A DNA stretch of 59,195 bases, filler included, from Sphacelaria rigidula (Eukaryota), in the NCBI GenBank assembly GCA_964200075.2. It is 7 parts of 7 records of this genome, joined end to end, with 100 filler letters (N's around TTAATTAATTAA, not from the genome) between each part and the next. Parts side by side here need not be neighbours in the genome. Positions count along the whole stretch, not along the records: positions 16,945 to 25,315 come from CAXNAA020011360.1; positions 25,416 to 33,785 come from CAXNAA020011361.1; positions 33,886 to 42,255 come from CAXNAA020011362.1; 4 more parts are not named here. One strand, written 5' to 3'. The notes beneath the pieces are model-generated. The model was not told where the DNA came from, ran no database searches, and saw nothing but the letters and a program-made list of their open reading frames with translations. Below are positions 24,855 through 37,433 of this stretch, piece after piece (position 1 is the stretch's first letter; every line of letters starts with the position of its first letter). Both the position numbers and the translations under genes were made by a program.

Positions 24855-25040
24855 GGCCCATTATACGGCCAATACTTGGAGTTGGACCCTGAAATTTGGT
24901 ATGGACATATCGGTAAAATGCCCCTAACTCATGCAAAAAAAAATCCCTCGTGTATGCCTGTAATTTTTTTTATCATGCCCTACTCACTGTCCATACCAAA
25001 TTTCAGGGTCCAACTCCAAGAATTGGCCGTGTAATGGGTC
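24855..25040. repeat. Inverted repeat with 53-bp arms inside a probable non-autonomous element
   Basis: 24855-24907 versus 24988-25040, including a perfect CTTGGAGTTGGACCCTGAAATTTGGTATGGACA inverted match. Confidence 0.85.
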
Positions 25041-25315
25041 GTTTAGTGACAGGGTCAGAAGAAATTCGGAACAGTATTTTGCAGGCCATTTACCGGCCCA
25101 CGTTTGGTGTTTGTGTATTGAAATCTCGTGTGGGCGCTCTCTAACACATAATTAACAAAAAAAAGTGGGCCAGGTTAATTTTTTTCAATTTTTCCCAGTG
25201 GTTTAGGGCGTTCTACTCATAAAAAAAATATAAAAATGAAGGCCCATTTTTTTTTTTCACTCAGCATACCTCTGTCGTTCTCCATGCCAAGTTTCAAATC
25301 ACAATTCTAAAAATT

Positions 25316-25415
25316 NNNNNNNNNNNNNNNNNNNNNNNNNNNNNNNNNNNNNNNNNNNNTTAATTAATTAANNNNNNNNNNNNNNNNNNNNNNNNNNNNN
25401 NNNNNNNNNNNNNNN
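25316..25415. other. Artificial contig linker
   Basis: N44-TTAATTAATTAA-N44. Confidence 0.98.
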
Positions 25416-25794
25416 TTGGTGGTGGTAGTGCTTGTTGGGGGGTGAGTGTGGGTGAAAGTTCTAATACTTGGATACAGGTACACCTGGAACCTTCCGTCAG
25501 CAGTGGTTGAAACGATGAGCACACACAACAAAACAAGCACCCTGTGAAAGATCGGATGGGCAAATTTTTCTTGCACAGAAGATCGGGAGAGACACGTACC
25601 ACCAACCGACCCACCCATTCATACGCACCCAATGCATCTCCGTGGGCGCGCGCGCGCGCGCGTGTTTCAATTGTTTCACGCGTGTTGTTTATTTCATTGT
25701 TCATTTTCTATTTCTGATTTGATTATTTTATTTCATTGTTTCTCATCTCTTTAATTTTTCGTCGTTCTCGGGGATGTGTGAATTGGCGCTGCAG

Positions 25795-28434
25795 TTTGCT
25801 CTCAGCGTGCACTACCGACAGGTCCCTGCGGGGTTCGTGGAGGAGGTGCACCGAATCGTTCACGAGTATACTAGCAAGGAACCGGAGATTATGGTGAAGG
25901 CGGGGAAAAAGGTAACGGAGCTGTGGGATAGAGTGTATACTAGATGGTGCCTCGGAATATGCGTGTGTGGGTGCGTGCAAAGTTGTCACAGCTTGGATGA
26001 TGACATATTTTTCGTTTTCCGAATTTTTACTGCGTACAGTATGGAATCTCTGGTCTTCTGCAATAGACGCAATAGTCGGTACTGTACGTAGTGCACTTTT
26101 TGACAATGTAAGCGTGGATCGCCGGTCAAGAGAGGCAGACCTTTGTGCTGTCGAAAAAAAAGTCGAGTTGTTGTTGTTGTTGTTGTTGTTGCTATTGCTA
26201 TTGCTATTGCTATTGCTATTGCTGCTGCTGCTGCTGCTGCTGACGTCTTCACATTTACCCCGTTCCGATATCTGCGTAGTACTCTGTACAGGACATCTGA
26301 TGCGGACGCCTTCCGTGGTCAGGCTAACTGACTCATGCAATCACGTAAGAAGAACAGAAAACCCAGGAAACAATATTGTTTTTGTTTCATCATTTTTTTA
26401 TTTTCAATTTACTGTTGTCAGGTACTCGAGCTGCGCCCTAAGGTGGACTGGAATAAGGGTAGCGCTGTGAACTGGATACTTGATGCGTTGGACCTGGGAT
26501 CGCGAGCGGATGTGTTCCCGATTTACCTTGGGGATGACATTACTGATGAAGATGCGTTCATGGCGCTTGAGGGCAGGTCCGTGTGCTGTTTTGTTTTTTT
26601 CCACCCTCTATGCTCTTTTGATTTTGGTTGTCTTCCTACCTCTCACCGTTTCACAGGATAATAGGTTCACGTATGAGAGTAGTCAGGGAAACCGGGGTCC
26701 ACAATTCAACCTGCCTGCCTCCTAGAGGACATGGGAAAAGTAAAAAAATGTGGCGTGAAGTCGTTTGGTACATTGAACAGCACAATGGCGAAAGAACGAT
26801 GGCTATACTAGGAGATGGATGGTGGCCATGGACGGCGAAACAGGAGAAGATATGTAAATGGTTTTTGTGTAGTGTAGAGAAGAAGCGTCGTGAGCGCCCG
26901 AATGTTGGAGGTGTCTCTATCAACAGTAGAAACGGTGCTCCGTCTCGAAAGGGATGTGTGGTTGAAGTTCAAACGACTAAGGAGACCAACAAATGAGTAC
27001 GTTTTGCCCCCCGTCCCCACTCCTTTCGTCGCGGCGGCGGGTGCGAGGTGAGACGGGGATCCAGATCGATTGCCGTTGAGATGCGATGATGACTGCGAGA
27101 ATCGCGCACCATCTTGTCCGGCCCGCTCCGCCCCCCCGTCGGGGAAAAATCCGTCGCCTCCTTTCTCTGATGGAGCAATAAGGAGAGAGAGGAGGCTCTA
27201 CGACCACATTGGAATTTCCTCTTGGAGGGTTGGCGTCGGTTGGCAACGACTCTAATAACACGGCATTCATTGCGTAAACTAGGCAACGAGGTTACTGTTT
27301 TACTTGTTTTGCGTTAACCATGAGAGTGGTCGAGCTGGACCATATTGTGCGGGGTAGGAGACCCCGAACTCCGTGCGAAGAGGAAGATCATACTGCGTAG
27401 TGTTTGTATGGTGAGACAGACACCCATGAGGCAGTGTGTGAGCCGTGGCTGTCTCTGGAAGTGGCGATACCAGAAAGTGACCCAACGCTTTGGAAGCTGT
27501 CATACAAATGCGGGATGATCACTACGTTTCGGACCGAACAACCTTACAGGATGCGGCTCACCCTTCATGCGACTCGCCGAACACATCACGGCGCTTCGCG
27601 CTTGGTGATTGAGTGCGAGCCTGGTCCGGCGAAAACCCGACGTGCTCTGTCCCGGCTTTGTATAATAGTGATGCGAGGTCAATGGTCATATGACACATGC
27701 AATGTAACCCGTGGCCCTCTCCGGACCTGACGATACCAGAAAATGGAGCAAATCAATTGAGGCTATATTATCCATGCATACCCGTCTCGTGAGTCACCAT
27801 ATATATATATAGCATATATATATATATTGCGCCAACATGGTGCGTACAACACCAAACTATCTTTGTCATTTCTCCGTGTGTTGTGCAGAGCCCAATGCAC
27901 GTCGAAGTTTTATTCGAAAAATCTGACCGCTCTACTTGTAGCTGTATTTACGACTATAAAGATCTTTGAATATTTGGAGACTAGGCTATTAGCGCTTCAC
28001 TTTTTACTCTCGTCTTCGCTTCCCGATAGTCCGTCGAGATATTGAAAGCGCTTTCTCGGCGTTTTTGTCGGAAGAGGAAAGAGTCCTTACACTAGTCGTG
28101 ATCTGTTTTTTTTTGGATTTTTCTGGATTTTATCGTTTTTTTCGAGATTTTCTCGGGATTTTTTTCGGGTTTTTTTCGAGATTTTTCCTCGCTTTGCCGG
28201 GTGCCTTACAGATTGTACCCAATGTTTTTTTTTGTGTTTTCTTTGTTGTCTTGTTTTTCTGTTTCCTTCTTCGGCAGATCGACCGGGGGAATGGGTATCC
28301 TCATCAAGGAGGCGTTCGACCCCGAACGTCCCCCAGAGACTCATGCTAGCTTCTCCCTGAAGAATCCTGACGAGGTACAAACGTTCCTAGCGAGATTGGT
28401 GGCGCACGGAAAATCAGCGAGGAGTGATGCATGA
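25795..28434 (+). CDS. TPP: Trehalose-6-phosphate phosphatase (HAD-IIB), last three exons; 5' part lies outside the contig
   Basis: Exons 25795-25911 (FALSVHYR...KAGKK), 26422-26576 ([16 protein letters not shown]...[14 protein letters not shown]) and 28278-28434 (GMGILI...[21 protein letters not shown], stop TGA). Canonical AG/GT sites and consistent phases (0, 2). Confidence 0.93.
26166..26242. repeat. Compound microsatellite (GTT)n(GCTATT)n(GCT)n in a TPP intron
   Basis: Directly visible. Confidence 0.95.
27408..27780 (+). repeat. Family A interspersed repeat in a TPP intron, followed by a diverged partial head-to-tail copy (27707-27780)
   Basis: Matches the reverse complement of 8473-8803. 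CCGTGGC...GATACCAGAAA recurs about 267 bp downstream. Confidence 0.82.
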
Positions 28435-31400
28435 TGGAAGCGTTGGACACGGGGAGGAATCATGGCGTAGTACCACTCTATGCTCTCCCGCCCTCTGCCC
28501 TGTCCCCCAGTCACCCCGTCACCCCCACCCCCGAAGAAGAAAAAAAATGCTGACGAAGAACAAAAGTCATGCTCCTTTCCTTCCTCGAATTCTCGCAATT
28601 CAGGTATCGCGATGTTTTCAATTTTCATGTCGTGTTTCGAGCGTAAGTAGTGACTGACAACCAAGAAAGAAAAGAAGATTGAAAAAAAACGGCGATGGTG
28701 ATGCAATGGTTCGGAACAAGAAAGTTAGGGCGTCTTCTTAGCTTTGGTCCGGGGTCGGGGGTGGGAGGAGAAAACACGAATGAAAAGCAGCAAGAGAGTG
28801 TTATCATCAGTTACGGGTTTTTTGATGATTGAAGAAAAAAAAGCACAAGCTTTGTTTTTACGAATACACCTGGGGACTAGGTGAGAGACTGTTGTAGTGA
28901 AACGGGCTGTTTTCTCGTGGCAGGCTTCTCCTCGCCCGTCGCCGACTGATTAATCTCTCAACCCCACCACCTCGAGTAGTTTTGATGGGTCTCTTGAGGG
29001 GCTGCTCTCCGCGTTCCCTGAGCCCTCGCACCAGCATTTTGCCTTCATTTCGTAGGATCGTTGTTGCTGGATTGCGTATTTTGCGATTGTGTTGCGTGTT
29101 GCGTGGCAGCGTTAAAATGATGGTGATACAAGGCAAAACCTGCACAACTTGTAAGTGTAGGGTAGGAACCTTGTTATATTTCCGTGTATTTTCGCAGCTA
29201 GTTGCATCCTCCCCCCCCTCCCCCCCCCGCGCGCCTTTTTTTTTCTGTCTTTTTTCTCCTGTGTAGGTGGTTGTACGTGCGTGCATGCATGCACTTGTGC
29301 TTTTTTTTTTGCGGCCCCCCCTTTTTTTTTTCCACAAGCAATGCAGGGTTTATTCGTGAAGCAATGTTTTTTCAAGGTGGAGTACGGTTGAGCGTTGGAA
29401 GGTAGCTGACATTGGAATGTCCCCCCCCTCTCTCTTTCTATTATGATTATTTTTCGTGGGATGGATAGTCGTGTCGGTCAATTCGATCAGACCTAGCCGG
29501 ATTTTGGGTGTAGTTTGCGGCGAGATTATGCTGTTTTACACGACCTGGTTTCCCTTTTTTTGCTATCATTTCAAAACACGAGAATTTGAAGGGAAATAAC
29601 AAAAAACAGTATCTTGCCCCCAACATCATTGTGGATTCGAGTTTTTTTGTGTTGATTTTGTTTGACCACAACAAAATGAGGAGCACGCGGATAGGTTCAA
29701 GACTAGGTGGTTGAGCTGAAGAACGAAGAAAATGAATCGTTTTTTTTTCTCTGAGATTTTCAAGTCATTTGTCTGGCGGCACTTGGCGGAGGGAGCGCCT
29801 ATACGGCGACAGCGTCGGCGAACTAACTGTACGCCTTGAACAGTGAAACAGAGGACTTGTAGATCGTGGCCTAACGGGCAACAGTAACGATTTTTCCTTG
29901 TAAAAGGGCAGCAGCATTCGTATCGTTTCGAGAGGGCTGGTGTGATTTGGTTTGAGCTCCAGGGCTTTTGTTCGAGCTAGTTGGAGTGGCATAAGTGAGT
30001 GTGTGCGTGTGCATCTAATGGTAAGGGTGCTGCCCTTCGTGGCATGCGCGGAAATGGCATAACGGGGTATGTTGGAAGAATCAATCGCGCATACTTGTGT
30101 GTTTCGTCGGCGAATCGGGAGGGCAGGGCAAATATTATGTCGCCCCAGGGATGGAGAGCAGGTCGGGAGACGATTTTTTGGTGGTGCGGTGAATGTTTTC
30201 CGTCTCAGTTTTTTTTTGTTGCGTTGACGGGGTAGCAGGGGCGAGAGAAGTAAATTGCTGTGTTCTAATACGATTCGCGCACATCGTTCTGTAGCCGCCT
30301 TTCGATTATGTTGACCTTGAGCTCCCGGGGGGCGTGCTGGAGGGGTGCAACATTAGTGGATAATGACGGGCGGATGATGGGTGCATATCGTGGAGTGCGC
30401 GCTCGATCAAGTTAGGGCAGGGCGCGTGGGTGGGAGAATAAACTTCTGTGGTCGTGCTGCATATCACGTGAGACTTCTGATCGAGTAGTGATTGATGGCG
30501 TTTCTTGAATTGTGTTGAAACTTCGTGGTTGAAGGGGGGGGGAGGGGGTTGCTTGCCGTTTCTTCATGATTGTGAGGGGGGACAAATATGAGACGGGCGG
30601 GGGGGAAATGCGGTCATCATGTGTAGACAAATTGATATTTTTTTGCCCTGGTTTCCCCGCGTTGATGATGCTTCATGGGGAACATGAGCTGGAGTGCAGG
30701 GGCAGTGTGCTGCGTGCTACGTGCTACGTGCTACGTGCTGCGTGCTGCGTGCTTGTTTTCGACGATGGGAAATTTCACCCGGTCAGGGACGGGGTTCATG
30801 GTTGAGACGGAGGGGAACGCGGCGGGCGGGAAATACGGTTTGTGCAAATCCTACGGAACATCCGCGTGCATGAACTTCTGTGTTACTCGACTCGAGATAC
30901 AACGAGTAATTTAGTCATGGGTTGGTGGTGGGGAGTTGGGGAAGCGGTGGAAGGGGGGGGAAAAGGTGTCTGTCTTCTTGTTGTTCATATATACTCTGAT
31001 AACGAAGTATATCTGGATGCGTTTCCTCAGCCCACGTATGGGAAGTGGTGTGAAGGGGTGTTCGGGCATGGTGGAGTGAATTGGTTTGCATAGAGGTGAT
31101 TTTTTATTTGTTGAGTGGGCACGAGAAAACCCGTGGCCGTTGTAAGCTTATTATACTCTTTGATGGCGTTTTTCGGTGCGTGCTCCCCGATTGTGATGGA
31201 TTTTGGGTAATGATATTGTAGCATTGTGAGTTCCAGGCGAGGGTAAGAAGCCTGAAAAAAAACATGGCAACCGCTCGAGTTTGGGCGTAGCAGAGAAAAA
31301 AAAGCTACAAAATCCGGTAACAAACATCAAACAGAGGTCAGTGTTGTCCTGCTATTTCTTGGTACTACGCGCGCTGTTGGTTGTGAGAATGACTCCCTTC

Positions 31401-32461
31401 CAAAAAAGCAGCGACGAGTGATGGTGAGGTGGACATCATCAGATTGCTGAACTAATTCGCACAAAGATACTGCCACTGGTACTTATACCGCACATCATGG
31501 TGGTTCAAGTAGTACAATGTAAGTTGGTTAATTGCATTGTTGTACTATTTTTTTCACAACCTCCCCCTTCTATTCAGCATACTTGTCTTCGTTTGCTCTT
31601 GTATGTTCTGGTGGCTGTTTTACCTCACCCCAGCAGACCGATTGATGGTTGCTGGTGTGCACATTATCCCACGCTGCATCCGTCAAGCTCTTTGCCGCGA
31701 CATGGGCAAGTTGACGCAAGGGCTGCACGTGTTTCATGTTTCAGTGAAGCCCCTCGATAAGAACGTGTCCGTGTGTGCGAACGTGTTTCGAGCCTTATTC
31801 ACGATACATGTACACATGGTCAACTTTCCTGTGTGCAGCATGTGAGATTGCGAAATGAATGCGGATAAAGACGTGATGTATCCGACCCGCAGTAGCGGCC
31901 GCGCGTGACGCTCACGTCAAATGAATGGGTTATGACGTTGACGTCAACTGCTCGTGAGTGGCGGGAGGTCAAGTCAGTAGTAGTGCCACTGCTGCAGTAC
32001 CGAATGGGCAAGATGGTGCGTACCCCCGAGTTCGACATCATGGGCTGCTAGAGAATTCAAGCAATGGCTTGCTTATAGCGGCAACGACGACCGCAAGCAG
32101 AAATAAAGTAAATTAGCTTGTTGTGTTTGTGCTGATCGGGTAATCGAAATAACGATGTGTAATATTATTGTTGTTGGTGTAGGACATTCACGAAATGCTG
32201 TGTGGCCAAGTGTCGTGGGTGAACGCGTCTTTGATCACGGTTGCGCTTGTTATACTTCCCGTTGTTCATCAATCGTGGGGTCTAGCTGGTTAATGGGATC
32301 GGTGGAGAGGAGGAGTTTCTGTACCGTGGAGGAGGAGACTTGATTTAATCAATCCCTCAACTTATTCATTCTTGATCGGTTCCTTTTCCAGAAGCTGGTC
32401 GAGAGCCCTCGGGCGAGGGCGGTACATAGCACTCCCCCGGCCAAGTGCGGCCTTAGCAGAC

Positions 32462-33494
32462 CCGAAAACAAAACAGTTCGGTTTTCAAGAATACGTCCAG
32501 ATCATTGGAATGTCTCCTTACCCTAGGGAAAGTGTCCGCTTGGGGTCCGTTCAAACGTTCTAAGATACTGTCGAATAGCACCACCAAACGTCACAAACAG
32601 AATGGTGTTGCCCATTGTGGTGGTCAACATTGCGTATCTCTACTGTGCAAGCCGAGTACTAGATCGAACCAACAACAAAATTTTGGTCATGCAAGTTACG
32701 GGGTTTCGCTAGCTCATGCGAACACGACTCACTCTTACTGTATGACTACACATTTCACCATCCGTTTGTGCACCAAGTTCGTTTTTACTATAATAATTAT
32801 TATTATGTCGACCTTCCTGCATCTGCTCATTGCTTGAATCAAACACCGTCACCTTTATTCCGGAAACAATCGTAAGCTCACAGCACGTGGCAAACGTCCA
32901 ACGCAGAACGATACACGCCGAACGTCAGGATATTCTTGATCAAAGATTCAGGCCGATTCGGTGTCTTTTTTTCTTTTGGCGGCGTCAAACTCTGTACTCC
33001 GAAAGAAGTGGACATCAGGGTGACAGCACCCGGTTGGGCCGGTCCTTGGAAAGAATCGGATCCAACCAGATGTAAAGAGGCATGCTTATGTATTCTGCCT
33101 CTTGACGGATTACATCACATCCCCGTCCCTGACTGTGGTACTAGCCAGTTCCCGCAATCAGCCCTCCGGGCGCGTAGTGCCGTTTTGAATCGACGGCCCA
33201 TCATCTTACTACCCTCATCCACCACGGCAATGAGGGCAGCACGGAACACAAATCGACTGTTCAACGTTCTTATTATAAAGCACCGGGCATAAAACTGTTT
33301 GCAGGTAGGAAAACGGGGATTTTCATACACGAGACATTCTGCATTTCTCCGTGGGCGTTACATGCATTTTCAAAAACTCTGTCGTCCTTGTTTCATATCT
33401 GACGGGGGGACGGGGAAGCCGCAGTTCCTCGGGTGAGAAGAGTTATTTCAATGATCTGCACGTAGTTTCGAAAACCGAACTGTTTTGATTTCAT
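32462..33494. repeat. Pair of diverged, about 65-bp inverted repeats about 900 bp apart (possible old TIR element)
   Basis: AAAACAGTTCGGTTTTCAAGAATACGTCCAGATCATTG (from about 32470) versus CAATGATCTGCACGTAGTTTCGAAAACCGAACTGTTTT (about 33449-33486). Confidence 0.6.
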
Positions 33495-33785
33495 ACAGTA
33501 GCTGTTCCGAATTTGGGTATGTAACAACATGTCCTTGCTAGCTGTGCAGACGGAAGCCTGTAGAGTAGAGCAACGAAAGCTCCAGATTGCAGCTGACGCA
33601 CCCCTCTGCACCACGCTAGCAACAGTTCGGTCACCATCATAGGTATCTTTCTTCATTCCGAATGCCAAGAAGGTCTCCACAACTTTTCGATCTCTCTCCC
33701 CCCCCCCCCCCCGTCTCTGGAAGTGGCGATACCACAGAATAAAGCAACTCATTGGAGGCTGTCATCCAAATGCAAGATAATCAGT

Positions 33786-33885
33786 NNNNNNNNNNNNNNN
33801 NNNNNNNNNNNNNNNNNNNNNNNNNNNNNTTAATTAATTAANNNNNNNNNNNNNNNNNNNNNNNNNNNNNNNNNNNNNNNNNNNN
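33786..33885. other. Artificial contig linker
   Basis: N44-TTAATTAATTAA-N44. Confidence 0.98.
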
Positions 33886-34019
33886 TTTTTTTTTTTTTTT
33901 TTTTTACCTTTTTTTTTTTTTTTTTTTTTTTTTGGGTTTGTTTTCTTTTTTGTCCTTTTCGCCCCCCCCCCCCCCCCCCCCCCCCTTTTTCCCTGCTCCT
34001 TCTTTTCTTTAGAGCTTAT

Positions 34020-34115
34020 TTCAGTTTCGTTTTTCTTGGGTACGTCTCTCATGAGACCACGGCTGAACCCCTGGGGGGTCAGTTAAAGTGCGACAATCAA
34101 TCGATCAATCAATCA
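34020..34115 (+). mobile_element. 3' end of a LINE/SINE-like element with (CAAT)n tail (family B)
   Basis: T-rich tract, then GGGTACGTCT..C.TGAGACC.CGGCTG.ACCCCTGGGGG.TCAGTT.AAGTGCGACAAT(CAAT)n. Other copies at 39775-39875, 42930-43005 and 47897-47980 (minus). Confidence 0.7.
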
Positions 34116-34283
34116 AACTAAGATGAGCGGTAGCACGCGAAAACACAAACGAAAATCACCGACAACGAGAAAAAGATAAAGATCCCCATTTTAGCTGTAA
34201 ACTACTGTATGACTGCTGATCGATGACGAATCCCGGAAAGACGCGTTCGCCGCTTTTCTTCTCGGCTCGGAGTTTCACGCTCA

Positions 34284-34732
34284 AACAGCCGATCATCAAA
34301 TTTGAGAATGGAGCTTCTCATTGAGGATGAGAACCCGGAAGATTCAAATCTTCGTACACACACCAAATCTTCGAAATATGGTTCCATTCCTTCATCTACT
34401 GGTGGTAGCTATTGATAACTGCTACACGCCCTACGAATTTTGATTTCGATAATCGAAATATTGTGGTCCTCGATGAAAAAAGACATGTCAGGGAATTCAG
34501 GTGATAATTAGGTGACCACCTGAATTTCCCAAAATTGTTTCTTGATCTAGGACCACAGCATTTCGACTATCGAAATCCAAATTTGTAGGGCATGTAGCAG
34601 TTGCCAATAACTACCAGTAGGTGAAGGAATCGAACCATATTTTGAAGATTTGGTGTGGATACGAAGATTTCAATCCTACGGGTTCTCACCCTCAATGAAA
34701 AGCTCCATCCTCAATTTCGATGATCGGCTGTT
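34284..34732. mobile_element. About 450-bp near-complete palindrome (foldback/MITE)
   Basis: AACAGCCGATCATC...GAATTCAGGTG pairs with CACCTGAATT...GATGATCGGCTGTT around a short loop near 34509. Confidence 0.87.
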
Positions 34733-37433
34733 CTCAGAATGCTTGGGGAAATTCAGATGGCTGTTTTCCATCGTATATTTTCACAACAACTAAAAAAAAC
34801 ATGTGACACGAAAACATTTTCGCGACACCACCTTGGCGGTTTCCTGAGCCAAGTGGCTACGCGTGACCGCTTCAGCCAGTGGATCAGGATGATGTGCTCA
34901 GCCGGCTCTGACTCGTTGCCCTCGGGGGGATATGCACATCTGATAATGTGGTTTTCTTGGTCGCCAGCTTCTGGTGGTACTGTACTACGACAGTTCAACG
35001 CGATGCTAGAACTTTCCGAGGGACGATAAAGGCAGAAGTCGAATCAGCGCAAAATTATTGAGTAGACTGAGTACGTAGCTGAATCACAACCCTAAAGCCA
35101 GTTCAGTACTCAGTACTGCACCTGGCTGCACTTGGCTTTTTGCTCATTGTCCCTGCATTTTCCTTTTATATGAGATACTGTATCCCACGGGAAATCCACC
35201 GTGCTAGGCCCCCAACACGTCGTGTACTGGAGAGATTCGTACCCCTCCGACTTCCATACATTGTTTGTGTGTTTTCTGCATGCCCACCTTAGTATAGCCC
35301 ACCCGATGAGCACAGTGCCAACAGGGAAATAGTAGGCATTGAACTGGACAAGCGATCTCGGTTCAACGCTCAGCCGATGGCGTGAAGACTTTCCAACTAT
35401 CTGGTGCCCAGCGGTGCGTATAATTACTGCAACCCAAAATGCGGAGCAACCGAGATGCGGCGCAACCCCGAGAGTAAATAACGGTCCAACCAGGATCTTT
35501 AGATATTTTTGCGGAATCTTTGCTGGCGCCGGTGCGTGGAGAGTGCAATGGATCCCACGGAATCAGCGGCGCTTCCAGTACAGCAGCTTGCAGTTTAAAA
35601 TCACACCGTGCAGTGGGAGATTGGAGCGCATTTCCCCCCGTCGAGAACATGCTTGCGGCTGCACGTAATCTTGGAGACGCGGACGATGGAATGGGGGGTC
35701 TTCTCAACAGGTTGCGGGCTCGAGAGAAGGCCCGCCACACAACACAGGCAAGACACGTCCTTTCACATGCCCCATATGTACCATTCCTGACTCGGATACA
35801 TTTTACAGGTAGAACTCACAATCGATGTCTTCATAATAGTATTGTCCCTAAAGAAAAAGTCGCCTTGCATCAGACATTGAGACGTGCGGCAAAAAGTCAG
35901 ACGACCAGACCAGACCAATATCGCCCAAGATTCCCAAGACACGGTATCAACCCCCCACACCCGATGTGGACATTGTGATACTCTCCTATTGAACAATATC
36001 CATCCCGCCCGAGAGTGACACACATTCTAGCGGCACACACTTACGATGACTGTGGTGTACTTACTTAAATCGATATCTTCCCGCTAGTAGTTTACAACCC
36101 GCTTGTAGGGAACACAAACTTTACCTCGACGTGACTAGCCGCGGTACGGTGTATAGCACCCCCGTTGCAACAGTTTCCCCACGATCTTTCTCTCAAGAGC
36201 AATGCAACGGTAAGGGTACAATTTTTGCGCATAATCCTGTCTGGCTTAAGAGCTCCTAGCGATTTGAGATGCACAATAATCTTAGGCTCACTTTTTTGGC
36301 GGAAATTCTTGAATTGATGGGTAAGCATTTGTGATGAACTCAAAGGGGAAAATACGAATCAGAAATCGGAAAGTGCAAGGGGGTCAGCAGGTAAGAATCT
36401 GCGAGAATGCACTGCACCTCAGTATATGGGTCACGGCATCCTCGTCCGCAAAATCATTCGGGATATCCAAAGCATGTTGGAACAGTAATCCTGGCGTATC
36501 CTCGCACATTCCGTAAGCCGTAGTCTGGATGAGATCAAGGGCTCCAACGGTTCTAACCTGCTCAGAAGACATTTGTGCACGCCTACCGTGGCATTACACC
36601 AAATCGAAGAGCCATGCAGTCCCGACGTGCATCAATCCAAACAGCTTGGAACAAAAATATTGCACAAAATTTCACGTTTCGATGTTGTGAACGCCGTAGA
36701 CATGCATGGTGCGCCATGCTTTCTTGTTTCCTGTTGTACCCCTGCATGACGCGTGGAATTCGCACGAGTAGCGATTTATTTTCCGTGGCGTAGTGATTTC
36801 CTCTCCTGCGCCTTGTGGTCCTGAACTTCGACTAGCCTCCTGCATCTTCACATGCCCTAGGCTATTATCCTGGGACGTCGGGAGAATATGTACCTCTTAG
36901 TACTGTGCATGCTATGCCAGGTCCAGTGCATAGTATACCCTAGGCTCCAGATTTTCGTCGACTTCATGGTCAGGTTTATGCACCTCTACTGTATGGTGCA
37001 TCATGCAGACCTGGTCCGTCACACGAAAAAAGGGGGATATACACTGAGCCTGAGACTTTCAATGCAAAAGTTATGGCGTTGCGAGAGAGGAGTTGGGGTT
37101 TCTGTGTAGTCCTCTCCACCGCTCCTAATGTTGGGGACGATTCTTCACTCCTAAGGGATAAAATAGTCTTCCCCCCGATACTTATTTGATATATCGGTGG
37201 CTGTTACCTAGGATTGAACAACAGATCTTCACGTGTTCAACGACGGGAATCAGCCTTTGCTCGGTAAGATCGTCCGTTCGGGATTTGGACCCGAAATCTT
37301 TCTGACTAACTGGTTACTGGTTTGCCACTTCAACCTCCGACTCGAGGCGTGAGAATGCAACGTAGCCCAAAACCGTACACCCATGCGTGTCGCAAACAAC
37401 CTTCATCCGTGTAGTGGACGTCGCGCGTTACAG

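Noticed and set aside
27408-27780. Hammerhead ribozyme or retrozyme in family A
   Set aside because: No CTGANGA...GAAA core with supporting stems was found by eye on either strand.
28435-31400. Multiple short ORFs downstream of TPP
   Set aside because: T/G-rich low-complexity sequence consistent with a long 3' UTR and intergenic DNA.
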